Assembly (NCBI GenBank): GCA_034780895.1
Contig: JAUZTB010000066.1
Location: 22,666,242-22,730,212 of the forward strand
Direction of reading: 5' to 3'
Length of the DNA stretch: 63,971 bases
From: Rhynchobatus australiae
Lineage: Eukaryota
Shown here: one piece after another, positions 1 to 14,817 of the stretch
Layout of the letters: every line of letters begins with the position of its first letter
Position numbering within the stretch: the first letter of the stretch is position 1
Made by a program: the position numbers and the translations under genes
Notes under the pieces: model-generated
What the model was told of the DNA's origin: nothing
The model's database searches: none
The model's input: the letters and a program-made list of their open reading frames with translations, nothing else

Positions 1-1784
1 CTGTCTTTAAAGGCCGACACCCCTCTCTGAATGCTGCATGGCAAAGTGACAGCAGCTGTGCTGAGTACAATGTAATCCCATCAGAGGCCACACATCTCAA
101 TTTAGCACATCCTTCTGGATATAAGCCACCCTTTCTCTGTTTCAAACATCTTTTTTACCAATGTTGTGATTTTTCTCTTGAGAGGAACCCAATTTGGCAT
201 CATAGCTATGCAGAACTATGTCTTAGCACATCAAATGTAGGTGAAATCAACCTCTAAGTATAAGCTTCCCTGATTTTGGACTGGCAGAGTCTGTCCATTA
301 TATATAATCTTCCTGAACTTGAGAATGGATGTTTTGCAATCTGTTGCCATTTCTCATTAAGTATCCTGGAGTATGGTTTATCAATTGCACGGGATTTACA
401 GTTTACAGCTCTTCAGCATAGTTACAGGTTGTGCTTCAGTAATGACCATGTGCTGGGCATGGTCCATATTATAGTCTTACATTGTACACTCTTGTTGTCT
501 TCTCCATTTAAAAATAAGGTCTCCAAGAACGAGTGACAGTTTGAGCCACTTTTAGCAAAAGAAGATGAAGTGGATTGGTTCAATTAAATTCACATTGATA
601 ATTTTTCTCAAGGTTATCAAATTTGGAGAATGTCATTTAACAAATGCATTGAGGTTTTACTCTTTCTAGGATTTTTCATTCATTATAGTTGGGATTTTCA
701 GTAGGCATGAAATTTAAGAAATATTTGGCATTTTTCATTGAAATATAGTGGGTACAGGAGACCATTTCTCAGTATGAGGATCCAGATAGCAGGAAAGACT
801 TCCAGTGTTGCCATAACAACCATTACAATTGTCGTCCTTTTGATGACAATATATACTTGCAAAGACACAGTAACTGAGCAGTTATTCATTAAGTAGAGAC
901 TGTGCAATGCACAAGCAAATGCTGAAACACCCTCTAAAAAGTACTTATTTCATTAGTTGTAATTATATTAGCTTAATTTTAGTCTGCTCTGCATCACTTG
1001 GGGAAAGCTTTCTGCTATGAATCCACAAAGCAATATCACCTCATTTAAGGGAATTAAAGTTAGGTGAAGTAATTGAATTCATTTAGTCGAATGAGTACAA
1101 CAAATTATTTGTAATTAAATATAGATAATTCTTTTGAAATGGGTTTTTATGGTGCAATATTCTTTATATTTTAGAGAGGATGGTTTTAAATCAAAACTAA
1201 TTCAAGACTGTCTTAACATATCAAGTTAGGTAGGTCTCTACAGAAACTGCTTTGCTGGTATTATTATTTCCTTCCTTTGGGAATGAACTAATAGGAATTG
1301 CATTTTGTGAAAATAAAAGCTAACATTATGGGTGGATGTTTCAAGGAACATTTTTCATAAGGGAGCCATTAATTGTATGTGTGGTAAGGGATATTGGGTA
1401 ACAACTATAGGCCTTTCAAAAGAATTGTATTTCCTATCAATATTAAAAGTAATTCCAGAACAAGTAACTGTGCTGCTATTGATCCCGGACCATATTACAT
1501 TCACCATTTATGCAGGAACCCATTATAAAAGCATTAAACAACTCTAGACAACTCTACATAACACACTGGACACTAGGTTTTTACATTGTCAATTTTTAAT
1601 AAGTTTCATGCCTCAGTAAATTATCTGAAGCCACAAATAAAGGATACAGACAGGCCATGTTTAATTTGGTTGTATTGCTATCTATTAGATTCCCAGCATA
1701 CTGAGACCCAGCTTATCTATCACTTCTAGTGTCAGTGATGCATGCAATGGCACAACACCTCCATTTGTATCTGCCTGATTTTAA

Positions 1785-2207
1785 AGGCATGACCTCAGGA
1801 TAACTCAAAATGCTTTCTTACCGATGAAGTACTTTGAAATGTGGTCACTATTTCGATGTAGAAAATTCAGCAGCTAATTTGTGCTTTGCTAAATCCCCAA
1901 AACAGCAATGGCATCTTGTCTGATCATCAGTATTGACTGAGGGATTATGTAGTGAGCAGTACACCACGGGAAAGGACAAATCTCCCACTTCCTTGAAAAT
2001 ATCATCAAAGGATCTTTTACCTCCACCCAAGAGGGCTGTAGGTTCATCAGTTTAGCTAACCATCCAAAGGATTGCAACTGACAATGCAGCACTGCCTCAC
2101 TACTGCACTGAAGCTCCAACCTGGATGTTCTGTTCCAGTGTCTGGAACTAGAATTGAAGCAGTTTTTTGGCTCTGAGGTGAGCATCACCATCTGAAACCT
2201 GGCTCAT
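1785..2207 (-). mobile_element. Deu-domain SINE (SacSINE1-like), old copy
   Basis: Diverged match to the recalled reverse-strand pattern (gacctcagg..gaagtactttgaa..cagctaatttgtgc..aaacagcaatg..ggatcttttac..gcagcactgcctcactactgcactg). It also resembles the copies at 32083, 28420 and 24480. Confidence 0.75.
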
Positions 2208-5200
2208 GCCTAATTTTAGTTGCATCTGAAATGAGTATGGTTTTGGTACACCTGGAAGTTTTAAGTGCATGTGTCGGTCATTCATTCATGCGAAGTTCCA
2301 TGTCTCCTACATGCTTGATTGGCCATAGAATATTTTGTGGTTATCCACCATGTTGCCCAACTGCTTTGCAGTTACCATCTTGTGAAAAACACAACAAACA
2401 AACTGTATTCATAAAGACTTGGTGTGTTGTGCATTTCTGAAAATGGAACCATAGTTTCCCTTCCTTCACATAAGGCATTTTATCTTGGAAAAGAAAATGA
2501 TTTTCAGAGCCTTTGGCAATAACTTTGAAGTCTGACAGACAGGAATGTAGCTTGTGATTCCAATATACTCTGCCTTTTTCAATTTTGATTTTTAGCCTAG
2601 TATTTGATAACAACAATTTGCCTTAAGCATGCAGTGAAGAAAGTCGGCTTTTGGTACATGGGCCAGAGAAGGACTGTCACAAGCAACAATTTATGGAACA
2701 CGACTCATCATCCCACTGTTTAGGCAAGCACTTGGCATTCAGCTGGAAGAGGATTAAATAAACTGAGGCAATTTCTTACTCCTTAAAGAAGGGTGCATAT
2801 TTTGGATGTTGAATGGTAATATGTACCAGTTTATGGATCTTGCGTTAAAAAAAATATACTTTATTACGTGGTGTCATCAATTGAGTCATGGGTAACACCT
2901 GATTTTCATTGCATATGGATTGAATATGCTTTCATATATTTATAAATCAGAATGGATAGAGGTTCTGAGATACTTTGATTCAGGCAGTGGCTTTAACTTG
3001 TAATTCAATAACCAAGGACTTAACAATTACAAAATTTACTGTGCATGATGGATAGAATTAAGGTTATGGACTGTTTGCAGAGTAGCATTTAATAAATACT
3101 ATTTAACAAACAAAATCTGTGGATGTAGGAATCAGAAAATGCCGGAAATAAACAGAGAGCCAGTTAGCATATGCAGACAGAAAAACAATTTGTGTACTTT
3201 TTATCAGAGCTGGGGTCTGAACAATAAACAAATAAGTATTTTCTTGATGTCTGTAGTGTACAGCAATGACATGACATATTTTGGTTCCAGGAATTAATGG
3301 AAGAATCAAAATGTCTGCAGATTTTTTTGTTCAAGTNNNNNNNNNNNNNNNNNNNNNGGTGACATGATGGTTAAACGAGGCAACATGAAACAAAGAGACG
3401 GTTAAGCAGGCATTAGGTGTTTTACTTTTGTTATGTTGCTCACCGAGAACAGACATTAAGACAGTTTCAAACTGCAGGGTCTCAAAGATTCGAGGAAAAA
3501 GCCAGAGATGAAAGGGGTGAAATCAAAATAAATTGTGATTAAGTGATTGTAACCTTGTAAAATTATCCCAATGCTGGCACAATGCTTGTGCAGCACTGAG
3601 CAGAAATCACTGTAATAGATCTATGTAAGCAATATAACCCACAGTAAGTTGGCTTCTTTTAATCTATCAGAAATTTTAATAACCTGATATCTTCTACAAA
3701 TTTACATCTGTATTTTTTAAACCAAAGGCTTAGTGAAAAACCGATCAAAAATCCCTGGGATTCATCCAAGTAACAGATACTGTTCAATAAGTGACTCAGG
3801 TTTTAACATTCCCCTTGGGAGCTATAAGAAAACAGTGTTATAGTGATTGGCAGTGCATAGTACAATTTAAGTAGCTGATTATCAGCTAAAATGGCATAAT
3901 TTATTATTTATTTAAATGATAAGTTCTGTTACTGCTAAGTGCTTGTGGCATTTAGAGGATTCGGCATACTGCACAGCCTTGGTGGATAATGAGTACAAAT
4001 GAGGGGCATTTAATGGCGCAGATACTTGTCTGAAACGGCCATTAGAGTTTTGGCATCACTTTGCTGTGAAACCATAAAAGTTTCCAAGAATTCTGACCTT
4101 TCCTTTAGTTGACCAGATAACTTACTTACAGAGTAAGAGACTCAGTGGAGGGAATATGTCTCCCTTGAACTATTTTAATTCACTGCTGATGGCAGAAGTA
4201 TTTGCACTTTGTGATCAATTAACTGAATAATAGGTCAGCCGGGACCATTACAAAAATTTGTCAGCACACCTCCATCGAATATCCATGATATTCTCTGTTC
4301 TTAGGAGAGTGGTCCCAACTGCTCCTGTCTCTTTGCAGAGATGAATGTTTGCAACCACTTCTCAGGTTACTGATGCAAGGGGTGGTGGGGAGGAGCTGAA
4401 GGATGGAGGGGAGGGAATCAAGGTGGTAAGTGCAACAGAATGGGGGCTGACTAAAAGTGTGTCTGTCCATGTGTTCGGTTGGTGTGTGTGTGTGTGTCCC
4501 CACTAAGTCTGTGCAGCATTCTGTGGTCTTCAATTGTCTTGTTCCTCCTTGCCACTGCAGCAAGATCTTGCTCTGTTAATTCTGTGTGTTTTCTGGTGTG
4601 CACTGGCCACCCTGCATTAAAAGAATTCTTGCACAGGTAACTTCTACTTCTCAGACCTGAAGTGGAAGCCAGTCATCCCTGACCCCAAGGACTGCCAGAG
4701 AAGATGATGATAACTTCCTGCCTTTTTCAGTTAGTGCATCTATTTATAAAGCCAAGAATCCCACGTGCTTTCTGATATTTATCCAGTGAGAAGGATTCAT
4801 TTTTGACCATCAGTGTTAACTCTACCTCCTGTTACTGTCCAATTTTCTTTTATGTTGAAGGCCTGTTTTGATTCATCATTGAGAGTTACTGTGTTTGTCA
4901 CCTAAACACAGTTTAGGTGTGAAAATGTTTGGTGTCAGATTCTCAGAAGTCACGGTCAGATATAGCATTGACTAGATAGAGAATAAATCTATTTTTATTC
5001 TGCTACAGTGTTGTGGGTTAATCTCATTCCAGAATAACATTTCTTACTGTACTTGCATGTTGTCCATTTCACCCTGTCCACACACCAGAATGCCAATTAA
5101 TACCAATTTGCCCAACCACTGGGCTAACACAGTGTACGGAGAAAGCTATATTTATGTCTATGCTTTGAAGGCTTTTCACAGGAAGTCTCTGACCATTGTC

Positions 5201-8200
5201 AGAGCATTGGGCAGAATTAGAAGCTGGGCTCCAGAGGTGAAAAGGAATTCCAACGCAAGCAAACTTCTTTCTCCTAAGATGTGCTCCCTAGGCAGTAAAC
5301 ATAACTGGCCCTGTATATATATTTAAAGAAAATAATTGATAATGAATTATCCTTTTTATGGGAAAATTTAGTTCATTGTGAATCTTTAGTTCATTGGATC
5401 TAATATGTTAAGAAAACTGTGAGCTTAATTTAACTTCCCTTTACCTGGAGTAGATGAATATAATTGATGTATCAGTCCAATGGAGACTGAAAATAAATGC
5501 TCTATTTTTCCTGATTTATATTAAAATTAGCGAATAATCTCCGTGACGTCAATATGATTAAAATATGCGTGCTTGATCTGCAGGAATTTGACTTGTGATT
5601 CCAGTGCCCAAGGCTGATAAAGGATTTGATTTAACAAATATATTTTATAAAATCGCACCTCCCGTGCTCCATTGGAATGGCCTCCCTCACTCAGCCGGAG
5701 TTAATAAGCACAGCAGGCATGGTGTGGCATATGTGAAAGTGTAAGGTCAGATTTTGCAGCAGAGCAACATACTTAGCTGTTATAAACAGTTATTTTCATC
5801 AATGCCACCCTTAACAACAGTTTCACTTTGTTTTCTTAAAAGCAGTCACTATGATGCATGATATGTATCATTGTGCACTGAGTTCCTCAGATAATGGCAC
5901 ATTCATGAGATTTCTGGAAGGAGGCCTTTGTGCAGCTAGTCACACGCCTATTGACGTGAAAGACACATTTTGTTGAGTCTGCCTTAAAGCTGCAGGCCGG
6001 TGTAGCACCATAAGACTTTGGCTGCTAAGTTTCTTTAATCGCTGCAGACATTTCAAGTGAACTTCTCTTCTTCTGGTGTCACTGTTCCTCCAAGGAGAGG
6101 ATTTTTTTTTAAAAGTGCAGTAATTAAAATTTGTAGGTCAAGTCTCCCACGACACTTACTCTTGGTAATATGGGAAATGCACGGTCTGATTCACCGATGC
6201 TGATCTGCAGCACAATGAGATTTAAAGGCTGAAGGGTGACATTTTCCCCCCATTTGTAAATTAATGCAATTGATCTTCCTAACAAGTACAAAGTTGGGCT
6301 TTGAAATACCAAATGGTAAATAGAGATTAGGCTCTTTTAATAGCTTTTTGATGTCAGCCTTAATTACTGCACAGTGTGCAGGGTATTGAACCTTCAATTG
6401 GAATTTCTAATAAGCTTTTGACTTTTACGGATAAAAACTTACTGAGATGCCTTTGAATCTGCCAGAAATACTTTGTATAATGTAATTTGTTACTTATTAG
6501 AAGAGACAGCCTATGAAGACCCTTTGGAACATGATTGTAAATGGTGCTTTCAGTGTTTGCTGCATGATGCAGGCTATTTAAATGATTTATTTTAATTAAT
6601 TCTCTGTAACAAGTGTTTTTATATGCCCATTCCCCAACATCATTTTGTACCTTTATTATGGACGTTGTTTCAATCCGAGGGAACAATGACTGTCCTTGAG
6701 TTTTAAAGGTTTCTTTTTCTACACCCTCTAGCAGACAGCAGTCAGGTACAGCACAAACTTGATTGCAATAGGACAGATCCTCCTCTTTGGCTTTACTGAG
6801 CACTCTCTGTCATTCCCTGGGGCAGTAAATTGAAGGGGTGGTGACTCAGGAGTAATTTACCTGCCTCAAAGGGACTGGCAGAGTAACTGCTGTTGCTGCA
6901 CTCCAGAATGACCTGGTCCTTCTTGATGCTGTTCCTTCACTTCTGGAGCAATCAGGGCTGAGGTTGGGAATTCCCAGCAGATCTCAAATTCTGACCTGCA
7001 GCAAGCACTAACCTCATTGTGGGTGCAGAATGAAGCAACCAAGTGAGCTGCAGCTGGGATCAGAAGAAAGACTGAAGAGGGGGGAATGTTCGATGAATTA
7101 TAGGGGTGGCGGGTATGTGGGAGGAAGCAGAAATGGAGGTAGCACTAAACATGTGACATAACTGCCTCAGTCAGTTGAACTCCTACTTCAAAAATTCGTT
7201 CTGTTGAAATTATTGGAGTAAATTTCAGAGGCAGAGTATGCTCATGTGACCATATGGTAAAGTTACCTTGATATAATCAAGAAGAATTTTAGGGTAATNN
7301 NNNNNNNNNNNNNNNNNNNNNNNNNNNNNNNNNNNNNNNNCATAAGCGGTGGTTAAAATTAACTAAAATGTTCCATGTTTATCCTAAACTCATAGCTCTG
7401 GGAACACATTCCCACAGACATGGGTATCGTCCTACATATGGGGTAGATAGAATCTGAAAAGATCTGTAGAATTCACTTATAAACATATTGCCCACAACTA
7501 AGATGGCTAGACAGTCGCTTCAAATCCAGTCCTTGAAGGAGCAATCTATCTTTGAGAGTGTGACATTTCCTTTTCCTATAGCACTGATCTCTTGGCCTTT
7601 CTGAGTCTGATTGCCCAATTAGTGCCAATTAAGGCCACATTATGGCCAGGTTTGTGCTGTCTGTGTTCACGTTACCAGGAATTGATGTGAGGTTTAAAAC
7701 AAATTACTGAGGAACCTTAACAGCTATCTGAGGAAAGGAGTCTTTCAAACCATCACTTTGGTCAGATCTTAAATCCAGCTTGAAGGAAAATGACAGTGTT
7801 CATTAAGGCTGTATTTACTCGTCTCTGTGAAAAGCATTTGCAGCAAAAAGAACAAGGTAACCTGGTTTCCTGCTGATCAAATTGGTTTGCTTTTTAGTGT
7901 TGACCTTGAAAAGGTCCACATAAGCTGACCAGATGATGTTTATGGTCAACAATGACATCATGTCAACATAATTACAAACACATTTAATTACTTTTAGAAT
8001 CAAAGAGTGTAGATAAGATAACACAGAACCATTTATACTAAATCAGAACTATGGTTAGGTATGAATTAATCTAGATTTAACTGTAGTCAGATGAAAGTAC
8101 TTCGTTATTTTTAGCTATTTAAATGCCTGCAGCTATCCAAATAGTTAAAGTTTCCCTTATATTGCAGAGCATTAAAAAGCCCTAATTAGAACAGCATTGC

Positions 8201-8890
8201 AGCCCCATCTGCCAATCTGCAGTAATCTACTCTAATTGCAGTAATTAAACTATATTTACATGTTCAAAATGCTTGTAATTTAGCAAATTGCGCTCTCTAC
8301 TCTTACATTTAATCAAACAAGTTGTTCCAGGATTCTTACTCTGAATAAAGCAACTCTAATATTTTGATTGCTGCAACAGTTTTGACGGATTAAGTGGACC
8401 TGGAGAGCAGGCTTTCTATTCACAAGACAAACAGTATAAAAAGGGAAATATGATCATGCTGGGCGTGATCGTCATGTGAAAGCTTAATTGTGCTTTACTA
8501 CAAATTAACTGTTAAAGCACAGTCTGAGCAAGGCTGCTTTGGTTACATCCAGTCTTTATACTAACACTTCCTTCGGGAGCAGAATCAAATTGAAGGCTTT
8601 TGATGAAAGTTTTGTGTCATAATGGTTTTATATAGAAGTGCATGGCGTTGGCTCACCAGAAGTTCAGGTGCACAGTTTCTGAAATTGACCCTCCAGTATC
8701 TCCTGAGTATTACAACTGTGTACAGTAGTTATTTCTGCTTTATGTTTTACCTTTGAACAGTTTAGCGTGGGCAATGACTAACTCGAAGGATTCATTGTGG
8801 AATAATTTTTTGGGGGGCAAAACTCTTTTTCGTTTAGAAACCCAGCTTGGGAGAAATTCCCCTTGGGTACTCTTTAAATCTTTTCCCTTC

Positions 8891-9147
8891 AGGAGAGATG
8901 GAAGATTTAAATGGGACCTGGGGGGCAAGTTTTTCACACAGAGGGTGGTGGGTATGTGGAACAGGCTGCAAGAGGAAGTGGTAAACAGTTACAATGTTTA
9001 ATAGATATTTGGACAGGTACATAGATAGGAAAGATACATGGAAATGGGCCAAATGCAGGCAAATGGGACTCACTCAGGAAGGCCACTTCGTTAGCATGGA
9101 CGAGTTGGGCCGAAGGGCCTGTTTCCAAGCTGAATGACTCTATGACT
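8891..9147 (+). mobile_element. CR1/HER1-type LINE 3' end
   Basis: Encodes GRFKWDLGGKFFTQRVVGMWNRLQEEVV (CR1 ORF2 C-terminus), then the 3' UTR gggccgaagggcctgtttcc and a gactctatgac tail. Confidence 0.9.
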
Positions 9148-9784
9148 TGTTGATCCATCCATTATCATCCTTTCCTTTCCTGTGGTTGTTTTGTTTTACT
9201 TTGCCATGTTCTTGTCCAGCTTTTCCATCTCAGACAAAGCTGCAAAAACAGCCAACATAAAATCTCAGAGTCTGGAGAAGTGAGACTACAATTTTATAGA
9301 ATTCCTCCCATCCCATGGGTAGTACACTTACTGCTCTCTCTTTTCGTCCAACACACTAAGCGGTTATGAACAAGCTGCTTCAATCTTACTAGTTGGAGAA
9401 AGCTTCAGAACTTACCAGACAAAAATGACTGACTGAGAATTAGTGATCATTCTCCATCAATAGTATAAAACAACAAACTTGAAACAATGTAGTATGAAAG
9501 GTCCTTGATCTAATGTACTTACGTTTTTAAGCCTGGATTTTTAGGCCTACTGCACCATTTACTGACGTTAGAGAAATGGAAACTAGATCAATGCAAAACT
9601 GTGGCTGGCTTCTAGTAAGGACATGATCCCAGATTTGTACACCATTCATATACTCCACAAAGTTATTTCCTTAAAAGTTGGCATCCTATTCACACTATTG
9701 AATAGCCACAGACTGTGGTAAGGTTTTCTTTCTGATGACACTGAATGCTAACATATTAGATATCTAATGCTGTGGAACTTGCTT

Positions 9785-9955
9785 TGTAAACTTATCTGGC
9801 TCTCTCCAGCTTTTAAGACACCTTTAAAACCCTCCCCTTTGACTAGTCTTTTGTTCACTGGTGTTAATTATTCCTATAAGGACTCAGTATCGAAGTTTGT
9901 TGGATAAATGTTCCTGTGAAGTACCTTTGGAGGTTCTTAATGTGGCCGAATAAAA
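9785..9955 (+). mobile_element. L2-like LINE 3' end, degenerate
   Basis: ttttaagacacctttaaaacc..ctttgactagtcttttgttcac..tcctgtgaagtacctttgg is the reverse complement of the pattern at 17215, 21550 and 26040. Confidence 0.6.
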
Positions 9956-10694
9956 AAAATCTATTCTTGGTTTGCTTACCCTGATTTGTCTGACTTTTTT
10001 TTTCTGTTTTTCTGCACAATTTTCATTGCTCAATTAAATTTATTGGATAAATCAAGTTTTCAAGTCAAAAATTACTAAATTAGCAATACTTGTTTGCTGG
10101 TGAACAATATGAGTGAAGCACCAAATGAAAATGTCAGAAGTAGAAGACATATTTGGTACAAAATCAGTTGAAGAGGTAGAGCTGGGATTGTGATATAGCT
10201 CTAATGCATTGGGCATTTAGTCAGACATATTAATAATTTATACTATGATGTATTGGAATGTAAATATGTCCCCAGAGAGAGATGCCATTAACAACTTAAA
10301 ATAGTTGAATAAATATGTTTGTAAAAGGGATATTATTTTACTCAATTTGAGGGACGAACACAAGTTATGTGCTTTAGTGAAATCAAATAATCTGCCAGGT
10401 CCACAAAATATGAAGCTGGAAGAATATGTCACTTGGGTAAACCGCATCAAATAGGCTTTGGAAGAGACAGCTGCTTTTAACACAAAGGTGTTTTGGTGAA
10501 CAGGTGGTCTGGGAAATGGTTGATTAGATGGACAAGGCCAATGAGATAAAGTAATCATATAGATTAAAAAGAAATAGAAATAACATAATTGTGTCATATT
10601 GCCATCCATACTATTCAGCTGTATGAAAACCACATTAGATTCAGATATTTTTAGGATAATATAACTTCAGTTGACCATTAATTCCAATGGCAAT

Positions 10695-10900
10695 AACGGC
10701 TTACATTCATACAATATCTTTTATATCATAAAATTTCCACAAGACATTTCTCTGAAGTCTTACTGAACAGTTGACAGCTAGCCTCATAAGAAGACAAGAG
10801 GACAGGTTTTAATGAACATCATAAAAGCAGAAATAGAGAGGTGGAGAGACTTAGGAAGGGATTTGTAAAGCTTTGGGCCTTAGTACCCAAAGGCATGGAC
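10695..10900 (-). mobile_element. L2-like LINE 3' end, degenerate
   Basis: Purine-rich gagaggtggagagacttaggaagggatttgtaaagctttgggcc..aaggca motif shared with the other L2-like copies. Confidence 0.55.
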
Positions 10901-11098
10901 GTGAAAGTCCAATGAACTAATTTAACAGGCTTGTAATACACTTCAGTTATAATGAAAGAAGATGTTTAATAATAACTTGCATTTATGTGGCAGTGTTTCA
11001 TGCAGTAAACAAATGAACAAAATTGGTGAAGTTAAAAATAAATCCTTGAGATCCAACATCGAATGTCTGATGGCATGACCAAACAAGTAAGTTCTGAG

Positions 11099-13309
11099 GA
11101 ACATAAGGAACAAGAGTAGGAAGAGGCCAGTCAGCCTTTGAGCCCACTCCATCATTCAGTAAGTTCATGGCTGATTCAGTATTGACCTCAGCACCACTTT
11201 CCTGCTGTCTCCCCATAACGCTCTGCTCCCTTGCAACTTAAGTGTCTTTCATTCAATGCCTTGAATATATTCAGTGATTCTGCTGTCTCTAGCTCCTCAG
11301 GATAGAAAATTCCAAGAAAGTCACTGCCTTTTGAGAGAAGAAATTCCTCATCTCTATCTTAATAGGTGGACCCTTATTCTGAAACTGTGCCCCATAGTTC
11401 AAGTTANNNNNNNNNNNNNNNNNNNNNNNNNNNNNNNNNNNNNNNNNNNNNNNNNNNNNNNNNNNNNNNNNNNNNNNNNNNNNNNNNNNNNNNNNNNNNN
11501 NNNNNNNNNNNNNNNNNNNNNNNNNNNNGCCCCAGCCTGTTTATACATCAACCCCATTATCCCAGGTATCAGCTTTGTGAATTTTCTCCACCCTGCCTCC
11601 AATGCAAGTACCTACTTTCTTTAATGAAGAGACCAAAACAATATACAGTTCTCTGGCTGCACCAATGCAGTAAAGTTGCATCAAACTTTCCTTATTTTTA
11701 GATTCCATTCCCCTTGCAATAAAGACAAACGTTGCATGAGCCTTCATTCTTATTTGCTGTGGCTGCATGCTAATCCTTTGTGTTTCATGCACAAGGACTG
11801 CCACAGCCCTTTGTATTTTATAGTCTCATTCCATTTAAATAATAATTTGTGCTTTTATTTTCCTTCCACAATGGATAATCTCACATTTTCCTGCAATGTA
11901 CATGATCTGCCACCTTCTTACCAACTCATCTACATCCCTTTATAGCCCCTTTGTGTTCTCCTCACAACTTGTTTATGCATCTATCTTTGTGTCATAAGCA
12001 AATTTGTGCATTTGGTCCTTTCATACAAGTCATTAGAATGTAAATAATTGAGGCCCCAGTACTGATCCCTATAGCACCCATTGGTTACTGATTACCAATC
12101 TGAAAATGACCCATGTATTTCAACTTTTTTTTGTGAGTAAGGCACTCTATCCATCCTACTGTACTATCCCCAACCCTGTGCAGTCTTCCCCCTTGCGCAA
12201 TGATGTTTACAAGCCACCTCAGCAAATGCCTTCTGAAAGTCCAAATACACTACATGTACTGGTTCCCCTTCATCCATCCTGCTTGTTCCACCCTTAAAGA
12301 AGTCTAGCAAAATGTCAATGTCCCTTTCGTGATATCACATTAACTCTGACTGGTTGTGTTGTTATTTTCTAAATGCTCTGCTATTAACCTCCTGACAATG
12401 GATTCCAGCAATGTTCCAAAAGACAGGCATTCGACTGTTTGGCCTATAGGTTCCTTGCTTTTGCCACCCAGCTTTCTTGAATAATGGTGTAATAATTTTA
12501 GTTTCCTAATCCTCTGGGACCTCTCCCGAATCTCAGGAATTTTGGAGATTACAACAAATGCATCTGTTATTTCTGCAGCTTCTTCCTTTAATTCTTATGG
12601 ATGCAAGCCATCAAGTCCAGGGTTCAGCTTTTAGCCCTGTTAGTTTGCCCAGTNNNNNNNNNNNNNNAAACTGGTTGTTTTAAGTTTCTTCCACTTTATA
12701 CCACATTGACAACGTATTATTATTGGGATGTTTTTGGCACCTTCTACCATGAAGACTGGGACAAAATAATTTATTGAGAATCTTTGCCATTTTTCTATTT
12801 TGCTTTTTTTAATTCCCCAGTCTCATCCTTCCAAGAGATAAACATTTACTTTTCTCTTATATATTCCTGCAGAAGATCTTGAAAAAAGTTTTTTTTCAAT
12901 CATTTGCTGGTTTATTCTCACAATCTATCTTCCACTTCTTTATAATTTTCTCAGTTATCCTTTGTTGCTTACTAAACAAAAATCTGAATTCTCCAGTCTG
13001 TCTCTAATCTTTACAACTTTGTATGCATTTTCTTTCAATTTGGTACCAACCGTAGCTTCCTTAGTTAGCCATGCATGGTGCATCTGCATTGCAGAACATT
13101 TCTTTCTCACTGGAATATACCCTTACTGATATCATCTGCCATTGAGGCTTTGCCACCTTATCCTTTAATCTATTTTCCCCATCCACTTCAGTTAACTCTG
13201 TCTTCATTCCATTGTAATTGTCTTTATTTAATTTTAGGACGCTTGTTTCAAGCCCAGCTTTCTCACACTCAAAAAGAATTTGAGATTCCAATATGTTGTG
13301 ATCAGAGGG
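11099..13309 (-). mobile_element. CR1-type LINE, degenerate ORF2 (endonuclease end through RT) plus 3' UTR
   Basis: 3' UTR lies at 11099 (gaacataaggaacaagagtagg..). Minus-strand peptides include FIARGMESKNKE, AGWRKFTKLIPG and PSDHNILES..KLNKDNYNGMKTELTEVD. Many stops and frameshifts; spans two N gaps. Confidence 0.85.
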
Positions 13310-13409
13310 AGCTGAGGAAGTGCATGAAAGGATGGCTTGAGTTGCAGGGACAACAGGCATCCACTGCCACACAGGCTGGAGGAGATAAGTAAGGTTGAAG
13401 GCAATGAGG

Positions 13410-13918
13410 GTTTGCTCATGGTTCTGGCTGCCACACTGCAGGAAGGATGTAATGGCACTGGAGAGGCTGCAGAGGAGATTTATCGGGATGTTGCCTGGGA
13501 TGGACTAAGGAGAGACTGCATAAGCTGGGTTTGAGTTCCTTGGAGCAAAGGAGGCCGAGGGGGAACCTGACAGAGATGTTCAAAATTATAAGAGACAAGG
13601 ATAGGATAGATAGTAAGAAACTCTTCCCCATGGCAAAGGTGTCTAAGACTGGAAGGTAAGAGGTATGAAGTTTAGGGGGGATCTGAGGAAGAATCTTTTC
13701 ATCCAAAGAGTGGTTGAAATCTGGAACACACAACCTGAGGGGGTGCTGGAGGCAGGTTCTCTCACAACATTTAAGAAGCATCTGGACAATTAATTGAATC
13801 AGCAAGCTGGAGTAGGATATGGACCACGTGCTGGTAACTGGGATTAGTATAGATAAGAGCTGGATGGTCAGCATCGACATGGTGGGCTGAAGGGCCTGAC
13901 ATAATGACTATGACTCTA
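13410..13918 (+). mobile_element. CR1-type LINE 3' fragment
   Basis: ttctggctgccacactgcaggaaggatgtaatggcactggagagg reads FWLPHCRKDVMALER. Later come the agagtggttgaaatctggaac motif and the tail gggctgaagggcctg..actatgactctat. Confidence 0.9.
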
Positions 13919-14817
13919 TTTGAGAACGAAAACAAATTTAATGCACTAGGGGATGGTGAACCAATTTGGGTTCAATCAGGTATTGGCTGTAAGTGTGCAA
14001 GCTGTCAAATGCCTTTATCTGCCTAATTTTTCTGAGTTGTCCTAAATGGGCATCTGGCATATGCTAATGAAGGGCCTAACTCTTGAGTCAGGCAGCTGCC
14101 ATGGAGACCTGAAGAAATGGCCAGGTATGATAAAATCAAGGCCTCTTTAGTGTACAGCAAGTTGGCATCTGAAATTGGCCTACGAGATTCAATTTCTGTT
14201 CCATCAGCTGGTGAGCTGCTTTTTTTTTTACTTGAAGTGTAATATCACACTTATCAATAGGCATTATGGTGGTTGTACATCTTAAGAAATATGCTGTTCA
14301 ATTGATAAAATTATTTGCCAGACAAAAATGGTTTTCTGCTGTAATCAAATCACGAAAAAAATGAAAGTACGTCGATCCTGGAATTGGATTTGCTGGGGCC
14401 TTTTATCATTATGATGTTAATCTCATTTTTCAACATATTAATTTAAAATGTATGTGTTTCGTGTGTATATATATTTAAAATTCTTGCATTGCATTATCAA
14501 TTTCTGCTTGTAGTTTATTCGAAGAATTATTTAGGATTGGCAAGCATCAAAGATTGCAGCATATCTGTATAGCCAATCAAGCTGTGTAGGGTAGTTTTGA
14601 ACCAAGCAAAGAATTCCAGTGTGCCAAACACTCCCTATCCACTCTCATTAAATACAATTTGTAATTTAGTCATAACACTTAAATCTGTAATTCTGATTAA
14701 AGCATTCTTCTCAATTATTCATGTCTTCAATTCTCAATGAACAGAGTTTTTGTCAATCTACTACATTTTCGGCTAAAGGGAGCAATATTTTTTTGATATT
14801 TCCAACATTTTCTAACA

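Noticed and set aside
4339-4431. Exon-like segment with good acceptor and GTAAGT donor
   Set aside because: Stop codons in all three frames and no supporting evidence.
6360-6803. 147-aa minus-strand ORF
   Set aside because: No recognisable homology or splice context.
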